DNA of 64,000 nucleotides, taken from assembly GCA_039927695.1 (NCBI GenBank), contig JBDSUM010000007.1:11700-75699 (forward strand), in the 5' to 3' direction. Below are positions 19,256-28,787 of the stretch, one piece after another (positions within the stretch are counted from its first letter, which is position 1; every line of letters begins with the position of its first letter). Origin of the DNA: Minisyncoccota bacterium (lineage in GTDB: Bacteria > Patescibacteriota > Minisyncoccia > Phycocordibacterales > Phycocordibacteraceae). Position numbers and translations under genes: made by a program. The notes below the pieces were generated by a model. It ran no database searches and was not told the DNA's origin. It saw only the letters and a program-made list of their open reading frames with translations.

Positions 19256-20941
19256 ATGAAACGAAAACCCCAAGTCATTGATTTCTTTTGTGGTGCCGGA
19301 GGCTTCTCCGAAGGCTTTCGTCAGCAAGGGTTTGAAGTCGTTATGGGTATCGATAATTGGTTGCCGGCAATAGAGACACACAACCTTAATCACAATCTTA
19401 ATGACAAGGTTAGAGACGTGCTCGAATTTGGCAACTCGCTTGAAGAAATAAATTCGCTGCCCGATACAGAGGTTATCGTGGGAAGTCCTCCTTGCGTGCT
19501 TTTCTCTCTCTCTAACAAAGGAGGTAAAGCTGATAAGACACTCGGTATTCGATTGATCGAATCCTATCTGCGTGTAATCGCTATAAAAAAGCACCAGCCA
19601 TCGTCGCAACTAAAGGCATGGTTTATGGAGAATGTTCCGAACTCTAGGAACTATATTCGTCCCACCTATACATTTAGCGAGCTGGATCTGACTGAATGGG
19701 CAAGAAATCACGGTTTTGATCCTAATCAGATTGCTCTGAACGGCTCATCAAACGGAATCGTATTAAATACAGCTGAATTTGGTGTCTCTCAAAAACGAGA
19801 ACGTTTTGTGTGTGGTGAGATCATCTCTACGGGCAAGTTCCCGAACCTAGAAAAATTTATGAGCAAGACGTATCGCAGCATTGGAGAGGTAAAAGGAAAG
19901 ATGCCTGCGCCTAATTTGCCGCTATCAAATAAATTATTTTCTGACCCTAATTATCCTTCCACATCTTTTAAGATGAAGGATATGACTGATCATTTCTATG
20001 ATTCAGGTATATATGAAATCCAGTGGAGGAATGCTCAATATCTAAAGGTAAATCATCCCTTCATGGGAAAGATGTCCTTTCCTGAAGACGAGAAGAACCC
20101 GAGCCGTACTATCATGGCAACCCGTTCAATGACCACACGAGAATCTCTAATATACAAATCAGAATATAGTCGACGAGGAGATGGGGAATACAGATTACCT
20201 ACTATACGCGAGATAGCAACTCTCATGGGTTTTCCATACTCGTATCAATTCTCAGGAGCGGAGAATACAAAATGGAGACAGGTTGGTAATGCCGTTTGTC
20301 CTCCTATGAGTTCAGCTCTTGCCAAGAGCGTAAGACTATCTATTGGATTAAGTGTAATTCCCGTTTCAAAAATTACCTTCAATTCTCTTAAGGGTAAGCT
20401 AGACAGGATTCAGAACATAAATACTTTCTCTGAAAAGAAATTTAATGATCCGCCAAAAAGGAAACTAAATGCGCGTTTCCGAAGGCATCCTTTTAAGGAT
20501 GGTAATATGACGGTTGCTTTAACGAACTTTAATCCGGTATCTCCAATCGATTCTCCTGAAGTCACAGAGTGGTATTCATCTGTATTCATGGGCTCTGGTA
20601 AAGACTTTACTATTAAAATTCTCACTAAGAGTCAATTCAAAGAAATTGCTAAATTTATTGAAGTAAATAATAAGGACTTGAGTACAAAATTTACTCAGGA
20701 ATTTAATGAAAAGTTTAAAGCTGTTATTGGTAATACTCACAAGTTTCAAGAAGCCTACGTGTTAGAAAACTCTCGCTTGCCTCATGAGCCTGGACGTTTG
20801 GTAGATGAAATTAGTGACTTCATACGCGCGTTTGATTCAACGGAAAAACACATGCAAATTCCAGATTTTCTTCCAGGAAAGAATCTGTTACCTATCCGAC
20901 AAGTCCTCGCCATGTACGCTCTCAATAGACTTGTGTCGTAA
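19256..20941 (+). CDS. DNA (cytosine-5)-methyltransferase
   Basis: Motif I FFCGAGGFSEGF; motif IV GSPPCVLFS (PC); motif VI ENV (WFMENVPN); motif VIII QKRERF; long C-terminal target-recognition region. Confidence 0.9.
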   Translation: MKRKPQVIDFFCGAGGFSEGFRQQGFEVVMGIDNWLPAIETHNLNHNLNDKVRDVLEFGNSLEEINSLPDTEVIVGSPPCVLFSLSNKGGKADKTLGIRLIESYLRVIAIKKHQPSSQLKAWFMENVPNSRNYIRPTYTFSELDLTEWARNHGFDPNQIALNGSSNGIVLNTAEFGVSQKRERFVCGEIISTGKFPNLEKFMSKTYRSIGEVKGKMPAPNLPLSNKLFSDPNYPSTSFKMKDMTDHFYDSGIYEIQWRNAQYLKVNHPFMGKMSFPEDEKNPSRTIMATRSMTTRESLIYKSEYSRRGDGEYRLPTIREIATLMGFPYSYQFSGAENTKWRQVGNAVCPPMSSALAKSVRLSIGLSVIPVSKITFNSLKGKLDRIQNINTFSEKKFNDPPKRKLNARFRRHPFKDGNMTVALTNFNPVSPIDSPEVTEWYSSVFMGSGKDFTIKILTKSQFKEIAKFIEVNNKDLSTKFTQEFNEKFKAVIGNTHKFQEAYVLENSRLPHEPGRLVDEISDFIRAFDSTEKHMQIPDFLPGKNLLPIRQVLAMYALNRLVS

Positions 20942-20985
20942 TTGACAAAAGGCTCAAATGCAGGGAATATGATGATTAAGACTGC

Positions 20986-22413
20986 ATGAACAAAGCCACT
21001 CGAAGTCAGAAGATTGGGGAAATCACTGCTGGCGAACCCTACGGCAAGCAAGATATTCTCTGGCATGGAAAGCTCGTGTCAATGAACGTATATGAGATTC
21101 CTCTCGAGTATTTGATTTACAACAGGTACAACGGACGAATTCTTAGTCGAACAAAGACTCTTGAAAAGCAGGGACGGGATATAAATCCTGAATCCGATGA
21201 GGGCAAGAAGCTCATCGAGAATCTTCTTTGGAAATCCAAGGAATCGAGAAACGATATCACTATGAAAGATATCTCCGATAAGGGTCAATTGAAGATTGGT
21301 ATTGTAACCAAAGATGGAATCGTTATCGATGGAAATCGGCGCTTGATGCTTCTTAACAGAATTAAAAAGCATCGCCACTTTAAAGCAGTAGTTCTTCCTG
21401 TCGCCCTTGAAGATGATCCTATTGAGATTGAGAAGCTGGAGACAACATACCAAATGGGTGAGGATGAGAAGCTCGGCTATAACCCAATCGAGAAGTATCT
21501 CAAAGCAAAACAAATCTATAAGAAGCTTACAGAGCAAGAAACTCACGATGATGCCATAAAGCAGATTGCTGAATGGATGGGGGAGGAAAAAGGAGTTATT
21601 GAAGACTGGCTAGAGGTAGTCAAAATGATAGATGATTATCTCGAGTATCTAAAGTACGACGGGATATACTCCATGGCTGACACTCCAAACGACGGTAAGG
21701 AAGACCTCTTCTTGTATATAAAGAAATGGCTAAATACTTTCCACGATAAAGAGTCTAATAAAGGATTCGATGGGTACAGCCAAATGGATGTAGATGATCT
21801 TAAACAAATTTCTTTTGACTATATTCGCGCTAAGATTGGAAAATCCTATGATGGAAAACAGTTTCGTTACATCGCTGATGGTCAAAAGCAGAAACATTTC
21901 TTTGGAGACAAGAAACTGTGGGCTAGTTTTAGCGAAGATCACTTTGCGGCAGTTACCCCCGCAATCGAAAAGATAGATTTTGAATATCCAATTGATTATA
22001 ACTCTGAAAATATTGAAGCATCTCTCTCAAATAGAGATGCAAAGTTCAGAGATGAGGTATTGGATGTTCTGACAAAGAATATTGAAGAACATGTGACAGA
22101 CCTCGGCTATGCTGAAGCTGCTGATAAACCTCTCAAGCTCGTAAGTAATGCGCGAAAGGCTATTGAATCTATTGATCAAAAGCACAAAGCCTTCTCAGCG
22201 CCTGAAGTCATTGAGCAGGTTGAAGAATTGATCCAGACTCTCATAGGAATGCTAAAGAAGAAGTCTCCTGAGGAAACGGTCTCTTTAGTTGCGAATCTGC
22301 TCGAATCTCTTGAATTGAATTCGGGATCGATTGACAAGGAAGGTATGCTCGAAAAGGTAAAGGAAATATCGCGTCTAGCTTATCAAATTGAGAAAGACGT
22401 TAAATCGCTGTGA
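20986..22413 (+). CDS. ParB/Srx-fold (ParB-like nuclease domain) protein
   Basis: GQLKIGIVTKDGIVIDGNRRLMLL matches the ParBc core; rest unrecognised; 475 aa. Confidence 0.55.
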   Translation: MNKATRSQKIGEITAGEPYGKQDILWHGKLVSMNVYEIPLEYLIYNRYNGRILSRTKTLEKQGRDINPESDEGKKLIENLLWKSKESRNDITMKDISDKGQLKIGIVTKDGIVIDGNRRLMLLNRIKKHRHFKAVVLPVALEDDPIEIEKLETTYQMGEDEKLGYNPIEKYLKAKQIYKKLTEQETHDDAIKQIAEWMGEEKGVIEDWLEVVKMIDDYLEYLKYDGIYSMADTPNDGKEDLFLYIKKWLNTFHDKESNKGFDGYSQMDVDDLKQISFDYIRAKIGKSYDGKQFRYIADGQKQKHFFGDKKLWASFSEDHFAAVTPAIEKIDFEYPIDYNSENIEASLSNRDAKFRDEVLDVLTKNIEEHVTDLGYAEAADKPLKLVSNARKAIESIDQKHKAFSAPEVIEQVEELIQTLIGMLKKKSPEETVSLVANLLESLELNSGSIDKEGMLEKVKEISRLAYQIEKDVKSL

Positions 22414-22425
22414 TAATGAATATTC

Positions 22426-24402
22426 ATGAGCCAATCTATAAATATTCATACAGATAACGAGAGACATAGTTTCTATTTAACAGGTAATATCCCAGAGTTA
22501 CTTGCGAATTCTAGACTGCTTTTCTCGCTCAAGAGATTACAATACACCCCTCACGAAGAGGGAATGTTAGTACCATTTGAAGATAAGACTAAAATTAAAG
22601 TTCTCCAAGAGATTCAAATGCTCATGGAGAAGTTTTCTTTCGATGTTGAACTTTCGATAGAAACCAAGAAAGATGTTTCTAGCTTTGATCGTGAGCAACA
22701 GACATTTAAGGAATTCTCAGAGAAGGCACGAGATATCCGTAACAATCGGTTCAAGGATGAACCTGAGTTAGTTGTAGACTTCGATTCCTTTCAGAAGGCA
22801 TTAAAGGATAAAATCGTACGTCCTTTATATCCTCTGCAATTATTGTCTGCTTTTCACATGGCTTTCTCGCAAAATGCTTGTAATTTTGCAGTGCCAGGTG
22901 CAGGAAAGACCTCAATTGTTTACGGTGCGTATACCTACCTAAAAAGTCTTCCTACTGATCATCCTAAACACGTCGACAAGCTTCTTGTGATTGGCCCGCT
23001 TTCATCTTTCGCGCCGTGGGAAAATGAATATGAGGCTTGTTTTGGTGAAAAGCCCACCTCGCAAAGATTGTCAGGGGACGATAAGGTTTTGCGTAATCAT
23101 AAGGAGCAACACCTTTTTTCGAGTAATCCTGCTGAACTAACCCTTATATATCATGGAGGTGTTGTTCATCTTCAAAATGAAATACTTTCTTTTCTAAAGA
23201 GAAATAAGACTATGGTGGTAGTTGACGAGGCACACCGAATTAAGAATCCTGAGGGTGTATGGGGCAAGAGCGCCGTAGAGATTTCAAAAGAAGCGGTCTC
23301 CAGAATCATTCTTAGCGGTACACCAGTTCCCAATGGCTATGAGGATTTATTTAACTTATTCCAATATCTATATCCGTATCGCTATAAGGACATACTACAT
23401 TTCCACTACGATAATTTAGTTGAAATGACCAAAACAGCTTTGCCCGATAGCGATCGAGTAAAGCAATTCATAGATAATATCTCACCTTACTTTATACGTA
23501 TTAAAAAGTCTGATCTTAAATTGCCTCCAGTTAAGGAGAATAACGTAATGGTTGATATGGATTCTCACCAAAGAGAAATCTATGATTTTATTGAGACAAA
23601 ATACATACGTTCCTTTGAAAATAGTAATACGGCGGCAGCAAAAGATGTCTTAAATAAAGCGAAATTAATTCGTTTAAGACAGGCAGCTACAAATCCCTCT
23701 CTGCTCCTTAAGCCCATAGTAGAAACCCTCTATGCTGACGACTACGAATCAAGAATCTCTATAGGCGGACGTATGCCTGAAGAATTTCAAGATGATTCAG
23801 AGATACTCTCAAAGATATATAACTATCAGAAGGTAGAGACCCCTAAGAAATTCTATGAAATTAAGAAGTTGTTAGAAGAAAAAATCCTTGCAGGTAATGG
23901 TAAGGCAATTATTTGGACGATATTCATACAGAATGCCAAACAACTTCAAGAGTATCTAATGGAGAATGGTATTCCGATTCGTCTACTTATTGGAGAGGTT
24001 GAACAATCAGAGAGGGAGGTAATTATCACAAAATTCAATGATCCGAATGACAGTGATTTTCAGGTAATCATCGCAAACCCATTTGCCGTGTCAGAGTCTA
24101 TATCTCTGCATAAGGGATGTCACAACGCTATTTACATGGAGCGTGATTATAACTGTTCTAACTTCCTTCAATCAAAAGATCGTATACACCGATATGGCCT
24201 AGCGGACAATCAAGAGACTAATTATTACTATTTCTTATCACAAGATTCTATTGATGGAGTCATTCACGATAAATTAGAGGAGAAGGTCAAGAGAATGGAA
24301 AGAATTATCGATGAAGAAATACCACTTTTCGCTCGACTTAATGACTCTGACGAAACAGATTTGATAACAGCTCTTATAGACGATTATGCTAAAAGAGCTT
24401 GA
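22426..24402 (+). CDS. SNF2-family helicase/translocase
   Basis: Motif I PGAGKT; motif II DEAHRIKN; motif III LSGTPVPNGYEDLFNLFQYL; helicase-C motif VI SKDRIHRYG. Confidence 0.85.
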   Translation: MSQSINIHTDNERHSFYLTGNIPELLANSRLLFSLKRLQYTPHEEGMLVPFEDKTKIKVLQEIQMLMEKFSFDVELSIETKKDVSSFDREQQTFKEFSEKARDIRNNRFKDEPELVVDFDSFQKALKDKIVRPLYPLQLLSAFHMAFSQNACNFAVPGAGKTSIVYGAYTYLKSLPTDHPKHVDKLLVIGPLSSFAPWENEYEACFGEKPTSQRLSGDDKVLRNHKEQHLFSSNPAELTLIYHGGVVHLQNEILSFLKRNKTMVVVDEAHRIKNPEGVWGKSAVEISKEAVSRIILSGTPVPNGYEDLFNLFQYLYPYRYKDILHFHYDNLVEMTKTALPDSDRVKQFIDNISPYFIRIKKSDLKLPPVKENNVMVDMDSHQREIYDFIETKYIRSFENSNTAAAKDVLNKAKLIRLRQAATNPSLLLKPIVETLYADDYESRISIGGRMPEEFQDDSEILSKIYNYQKVETPKKFYEIKKLLEEKILAGNGKAIIWTIFIQNAKQLQEYLMENGIPIRLLIGEVEQSEREVIITKFNDPNDSDFQVIIANPFAVSESISLHKGCHNAIYMERDYNCSNFLQSKDRIHRYGLADNQETNYYYFLSQDSIDGVIHDKLEEKVKRMERIIDEEIPLFARLNDSDETDLITALIDDYAKRA

Positions 24403-25360
24403 GCAATATGAGAACCTTGGCACGCCAGCGTTCTTTGCAGAGTTATTTAACCAACTCCACGGAGCAGAACTCCCTTGGACGTCTAGCCACGTAAGAGGTT
24501 ATTTTTATAACAGGATTGTAGATGACAATTCTGTCTTTGATGGCTGTCTTACCTTAGTTGAAGCCATTGGTGCAGTGACCATCGATAGCGGTGGAAACAT
24601 CACACTAAACCCTTCTTTGGTGCCAATGCTCGTAAACGAGAGATACCTTGCGAACAAGTTACTTGAGATGCTATTGGCTGTAGTAAAGGAAGATGAAATT
24701 TTTCATGAAATATTCTGTCCCAAGAATCTCTCATACGACATTATATATAAACTGATTCAAATTGATGGTTCAGCTTTTCGATTCCGCTATGCTAGTTTTA
24801 GGCAATTGCTGGTAAGTTTTGAATTCTTATACCCTCATCCTGAGAAGAGCATCAGAAAATATATAGTTAATTCAAGGTATAAGAAGCTGTTTGATCAACA
24901 GATTTTACCTGAAATACGTCAGCGTAAACTTGGCATTGAAGAACTCGAGGCTCTTCTAGAAAGGAAACAAATCTATGGAGAACAGGCAGAATCATATGCC
25001 CTCGAATATGAAAGAAAAAGATTGGCCAAACATTCAAGTTTGGGCAATGTTGAATTGATTTCTGGATATGATGTCGCCGCAGGATATGATTTGATCTCCT
25101 ACGAAGATGAATCTTCAACAGAGCTCGATCGGTTTATAGAAGTAAAATCCTTTTCAGGTACTCCAAGCTTTCATTGGTCACGCAATGAAATAGATGTCTC
25201 AAGACTAAAAGGGAAGAGATATTTCCTCTATTTAATAAATAGAGACGAAATGGCAAATTCAACCTATGTTCCTACAATCATACAGAATCCCTACGATGAA
25301 GTATTGTCGGATGATAGTTGGACGAAGCGTGTAGATAGTTATTTTATAATTAAGAACTAG
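24386..25360 (+). CDS. DUF3883-like (predicted PD-(D/E)xK nuclease-related) C-terminal domain protein
   Basis: GYDLISYEDESSTELDRFIEVKS resembles the DUF3883 core; overlaps the SNF2 stop (operon). Confidence 0.45.
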   Translation: MLKELEQYENLGTPAFFAELFNQLHGAELPWTSSHVRGYFYNRIVDDNSVFDGCLTLVEAIGAVTIDSGGNITLNPSLVPMLVNERYLANKLLEMLLAVVKEDEIFHEIFCPKNLSYDIIYKLIQIDGSAFRFRYASFRQLLVSFEFLYPHPEKSIRKYIVNSRYKKLFDQQILPEIRQRKLGIEELEALLERKQIYGEQAESYALEYERKRLAKHSSLGNVELISGYDVAAGYDLISYEDESSTELDRFIEVKSFSGTPSFHWSRNEIDVSRLKGKRYFLYLINRDEMANSTYVPTIIQNPYDEVLSDDSWTKRVDSYFIIKN

Positions 25361-25606
25361 GTCTTAGTGATACCACTTTTTCCTTCAGTTCAATTTTCCC
25401 GCGTAGACAACCGAGCAGTTCTCTTTTCTCCATATCTTTTCCTTCGCGTAATAGATACTTTGCATAAGCTCTTATATCAATCTCCTGAACGTGTTTATCA
25501 GATAAGGCCATATCAGCTATGCTAGGGCTAAAAATGGGACGCCAATCCTTAATGGGGAGGCGTGTCCCATTTGTCTCATTTTGCGATAAGCGTATAGTTT
25601 GGCTAT

Positions 25607-25888
25607 ATGGATGAACAGAAGATTATTGATGATTTAACTTCGCAAGGGTACGACAAGGTCTGGCCTTATGAAGCTGAACCTGGAGAAGTAGACGAGGAAC
25701 ATGAACATGACTTTGATACTCATCTCGTCGTTCTAAGAGGACAGATCTCAATAACTTCTTTAATTGATGGGGTGGTTACGAACATGTCTCATAGTACGGG
25801 GAGCAATATATTTATCGCTCGAAATACACCTCATGCGGCTAAAGTGAGTGCAGAGGGTTGTCGCTACATTGTTGCTGAAAAGCACTAG
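25607..25888 (+). CDS. Small cupin-fold protein
   Basis: 93 aa; His/Glu-containing beta-strand segment typical of cupin_2; weak. Confidence 0.35.
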   Translation: MDEQKIIDDLTSQGYDKVWPYEAEPGEVDEEHEHDFDTHLVVLRGQISITSLIDGVVTNMSHSTGSNIFIARNTPHAAKVSAEGCRYIVAEKH

Positions 25889-25955
25889 TCCGAGACGGGT
25901 CAAATTCAGAAGATAAAATTCGCTCAGAAAGCCTTGTGGGGCTTGGCGGGAGAAA

Positions 25956-25977
25956 GTTCGAATCCCAGACAGCCAGC
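25956..25977 (+). repeat. Conserved intergenic repeat, copy 5 (internal 6-nt deletion)
   Basis: gttcgaatcccagacagccagc. Confidence 0.55.
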
Positions 25978-26059
25978 ATTTTAGAAAAGTATCGAAGGAC
26001 CTAGAGGGGTCGGTTTGGGACTAAGTGCTTTAGAGTGAATTTTCTATATAATTCTAGTT

Positions 26060-28768
26060 ATGAATAGACTGGATAGTGAAATACTAACGATCGATACAGC
26101 CATCTGTGAAAATATCGATAAATTCCACGCCTCAGAAAGAGGTCTTTTGTCGCAGAATATCTTGGCTCAGCTTAGGAATTTTGTTGAGCATATCGCCCTA
26201 AAAGAAGAATCAAACGGACAAGACATTGATTTTACATTTGAAGATTTAAAGAACGCGCCTAATAGAATACAACCGAAGGGATCGCTGGCATACTTGAGGA
26301 GATTTCATAATTTTTTACAAGGAGTGGCCTCACACTATACGCAGAGCAAAGAAAACTCAGAACGCCTAATGCTGAAATACTATGAGTATTTAATCAGGAT
26401 TAAATCCCGTCTTAAGAACACCTATGGCTTAGAGGTGCTAAGTAATATTGATAAGTTCCCAACAAATACGGATCCTGCCTTGCAGGAATATTACGAAAAG
26501 ATAGTGGAGAAAATCGAACGCCCAACAAAAGCGAGAAGGGTCAGTCCTTATAGTGATCGGTACTATATCCAGAAGATCAAACCATTTTTTGTTAAGCACG
26601 AAATATACTACGAAGTCACTTTTACAATTGCGAGCGCTCAAGTTAGTAAATTTGATAGAGTCATCGCTTTTACCAAGCTAGATATTTCCGATAATTACGC
26701 CGTTAAACTTTCCGTAATACATGACGATATTGAGGTCTTGGGCAAAAAGATGCCTATTCACATCATTGATAAATGGGAGGTTTCTGTTCGACCTTGCGAG
26801 CTTAACAACTTTAGTCGCATTTTGGGTGAGAATGTAGATATTCAATCAAAGAGTACGGAATACAAAAACCTGATGAGTTTTTTGACAGAGACTAGTCTAA
26901 GTTTCGTTGAGCTTATCGATCTCTCTGATGATTACTATGATGCTGCGAAAAGCCGTATCGCTCAGGGGGTACAAGCAATACACTTCCTAACTGTCTTAGA
27001 TAAGGCAAAGGCCTTGGTTAGGGGTAATGAAGTTGGTACTAACGTGGTGAGATATTTACTGCGATCTTTAAACAATAGGATTATAAAGCTACAACGAAGT
27101 CGCTATGGCGGGTACAAACTTCGAGAAGATTTAGGCTTCAATCTTGGATGTAAGCCGTTCGATACAATGCCTTTCAACTCCTCACTGATAGGACACAACC
27201 CAAAGATTTCAGATGTTTTTGAGTGTATTAGTGCAGCAGATCGAGAGCATGAACTTTTTGCAAGACTAATTAAGGACAATACAGAAAATAAAGGAAAACT
27301 ATATACGCCTGTAGAAGGTTTACCTCAGACAAAGGAAGAGATTGCAGAGCTAGTCGCTACTTACAACGCTGAGCTTTACTACAAGCACACACATCGCAAG
27401 TTAGAAAACTTTAGAGATTTTATTTATATAAACGGTTATGAAAAAGATACTTTAGACATAATTAAAAGACTCAAAGAGTTGTCATCAGGTGGGATAAACA
27501 ACTATTCGAATTCTGTAGATTCGTGGCTGAAGTCGTCCGCATATCAAATTGACTGCGAAGATAAGGAAAGGATTCTAAGACAGATGTTTACAGATTCTGA
27601 AGTGGCATTGATATACGGTGCAGCTGGTACTGGAAAATCAACGTTGATAAACCACATATCAAACTTTTTCAACGAGAATCAGAAGCTCTACTTAGCCAAT
27701 ACCAATCCCGCCATTGATAACTTGAAGAGAAAAGTTAACGCATCAAATAGCACCTTTCAGACGGTTGCTAAATTCCTATCGCATCGAAATACCGAAACAG
27801 AATTCGATCTCCTTATTATTGATGAGTGCAGCACCGTTAGTAATAAAGATATGATTGATGTTTTGAATAAGGCAAAGTTTAAATCCCTTATATTGGTTGG
27901 TGATGTATTCCAGATAGAATCGATAATATTTGGAAACTGGTTTAATGTTGCAAGATCCTTTGTGCCAAAAACGGCGGTATCCGAACTAACAGTTCCTTAT
28001 CGGACTACGAATCAAGAACTGATTAAATTTTGGAACAGAGTTAGAAATCTTGAAGACAATATTCTTGAAAGCATGACGAGGAATGGTTATACCACCGTCT
28101 TAAATGAATCCATTTTTGAGACCCTAGAGGACGATGAAATTATTCTCTGTTTAAATTACGACGGTCTGTACGGCATAAACAATTTAAACAAGTTTCTTCA
28201 GGGTAGTAATGAAAATGTTCTTGTGCATTGGGGCATACAAACTTACAAGATTGGTGACCCTGTTCTCTTTAACGAAACAGATCGATTTGCGCCAATAATC
28301 TATAACAACCTAAAAGGCCGAATTGTTGGTATAGATAAATCTGAAGATCAGATCCAATTTGATATTGAGATAGATAAGGCAATAAATGAATTGCAAGCAT
28401 CAGGCTATGATTTTGAATTGGTCGGGAGTGCTGCAAACGGGAATTCAGTAGTCAGATTCTTGGTTAGCAAGCAAGGAGACACGGACGAAGATGATGAGCC
28501 GCTAGATTCAGTGGTCCCATTTCAAGTCGCCTATGCTGTGTCAATTCATAAGGCTCAAGGTCTAGAATACGGTTCTGTGAAGGTTGTGATTACGAATGAA
28601 AGCGAAGAGATGATCACTCATAACATTTTTTACACAGCCATAACTAGAGCTAAGGAGAAACTTAAAATATATTGGACGCCTGAAGCAGAGAAAAAAGTAT
28701 TAAGTGGTTTTAAGAAGCTAGATGCGACAGAAGATGTCGGACTTCTGTCCTCGAAGCTCACCTCATAA
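26060..28768 (+). CDS. SF1 helicase (RecD/Pif1-like, AAA_30 + UvrD_C_2) with ~500-aa uncharacterised N-terminal domain
   Basis: Walker A GAAGTGKST; Walker B LLIIDECS; VGDVFQ motif III; C-terminal VSIHKAQGLEYGSV...FYTAITRAKEKL. Confidence 0.8.
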   Translation: MNRLDSEILTIDTAICENIDKFHASERGLLSQNILAQLRNFVEHIALKEESNGQDIDFTFEDLKNAPNRIQPKGSLAYLRRFHNFLQGVASHYTQSKENSERLMLKYYEYLIRIKSRLKNTYGLEVLSNIDKFPTNTDPALQEYYEKIVEKIERPTKARRVSPYSDRYYIQKIKPFFVKHEIYYEVTFTIASAQVSKFDRVIAFTKLDISDNYAVKLSVIHDDIEVLGKKMPIHIIDKWEVSVRPCELNNFSRILGENVDIQSKSTEYKNLMSFLTETSLSFVELIDLSDDYYDAAKSRIAQGVQAIHFLTVLDKAKALVRGNEVGTNVVRYLLRSLNNRIIKLQRSRYGGYKLREDLGFNLGCKPFDTMPFNSSLIGHNPKISDVFECISAADREHELFARLIKDNTENKGKLYTPVEGLPQTKEEIAELVATYNAELYYKHTHRKLENFRDFIYINGYEKDTLDIIKRLKELSSGGINNYSNSVDSWLKSSAYQIDCEDKERILRQMFTDSEVALIYGAAGTGKSTLINHISNFFNENQKLYLANTNPAIDNLKRKVNASNSTFQTVAKFLSHRNTETEFDLLIIDECSTVSNKDMIDVLNKAKFKSLILVGDVFQIESIIFGNWFNVARSFVPKTAVSELTVPYRTTNQELIKFWNRVRNLEDNILESMTRNGYTTVLNESIFETLEDDEIILCLNYDGLYGINNLNKFLQGSNENVLVHWGIQTYKIGDPVLFNETDRFAPIIYNNLKGRIVGIDKSEDQIQFDIEIDKAINELQASGYDFELVGSAANGNSVVRFLVSKQGDTDEDDEPLDSVVPFQVAYAVSIHKAQGLEYGSVKVVITNESEEMITHNIFYTAITRAKEKLKIYWTPEAEKKVLSGFKKLDATEDVGLLSSKLTS

Positions 28769-28787
28769 GAAGTAGTTCCTGGGGTCA

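Noticed and set aside
25951-25990. GTTCGAATCCC in repeat copy 5 resembles a tRNA T-loop (GGTTCGAATCC); considered a tRNA or tRNA fragment as integration target
   Set aside because: No complementary T-stem, acceptor stem or anticodon arm can be drawn from flanking sequence. The word is part of the shortened repeat element instead.
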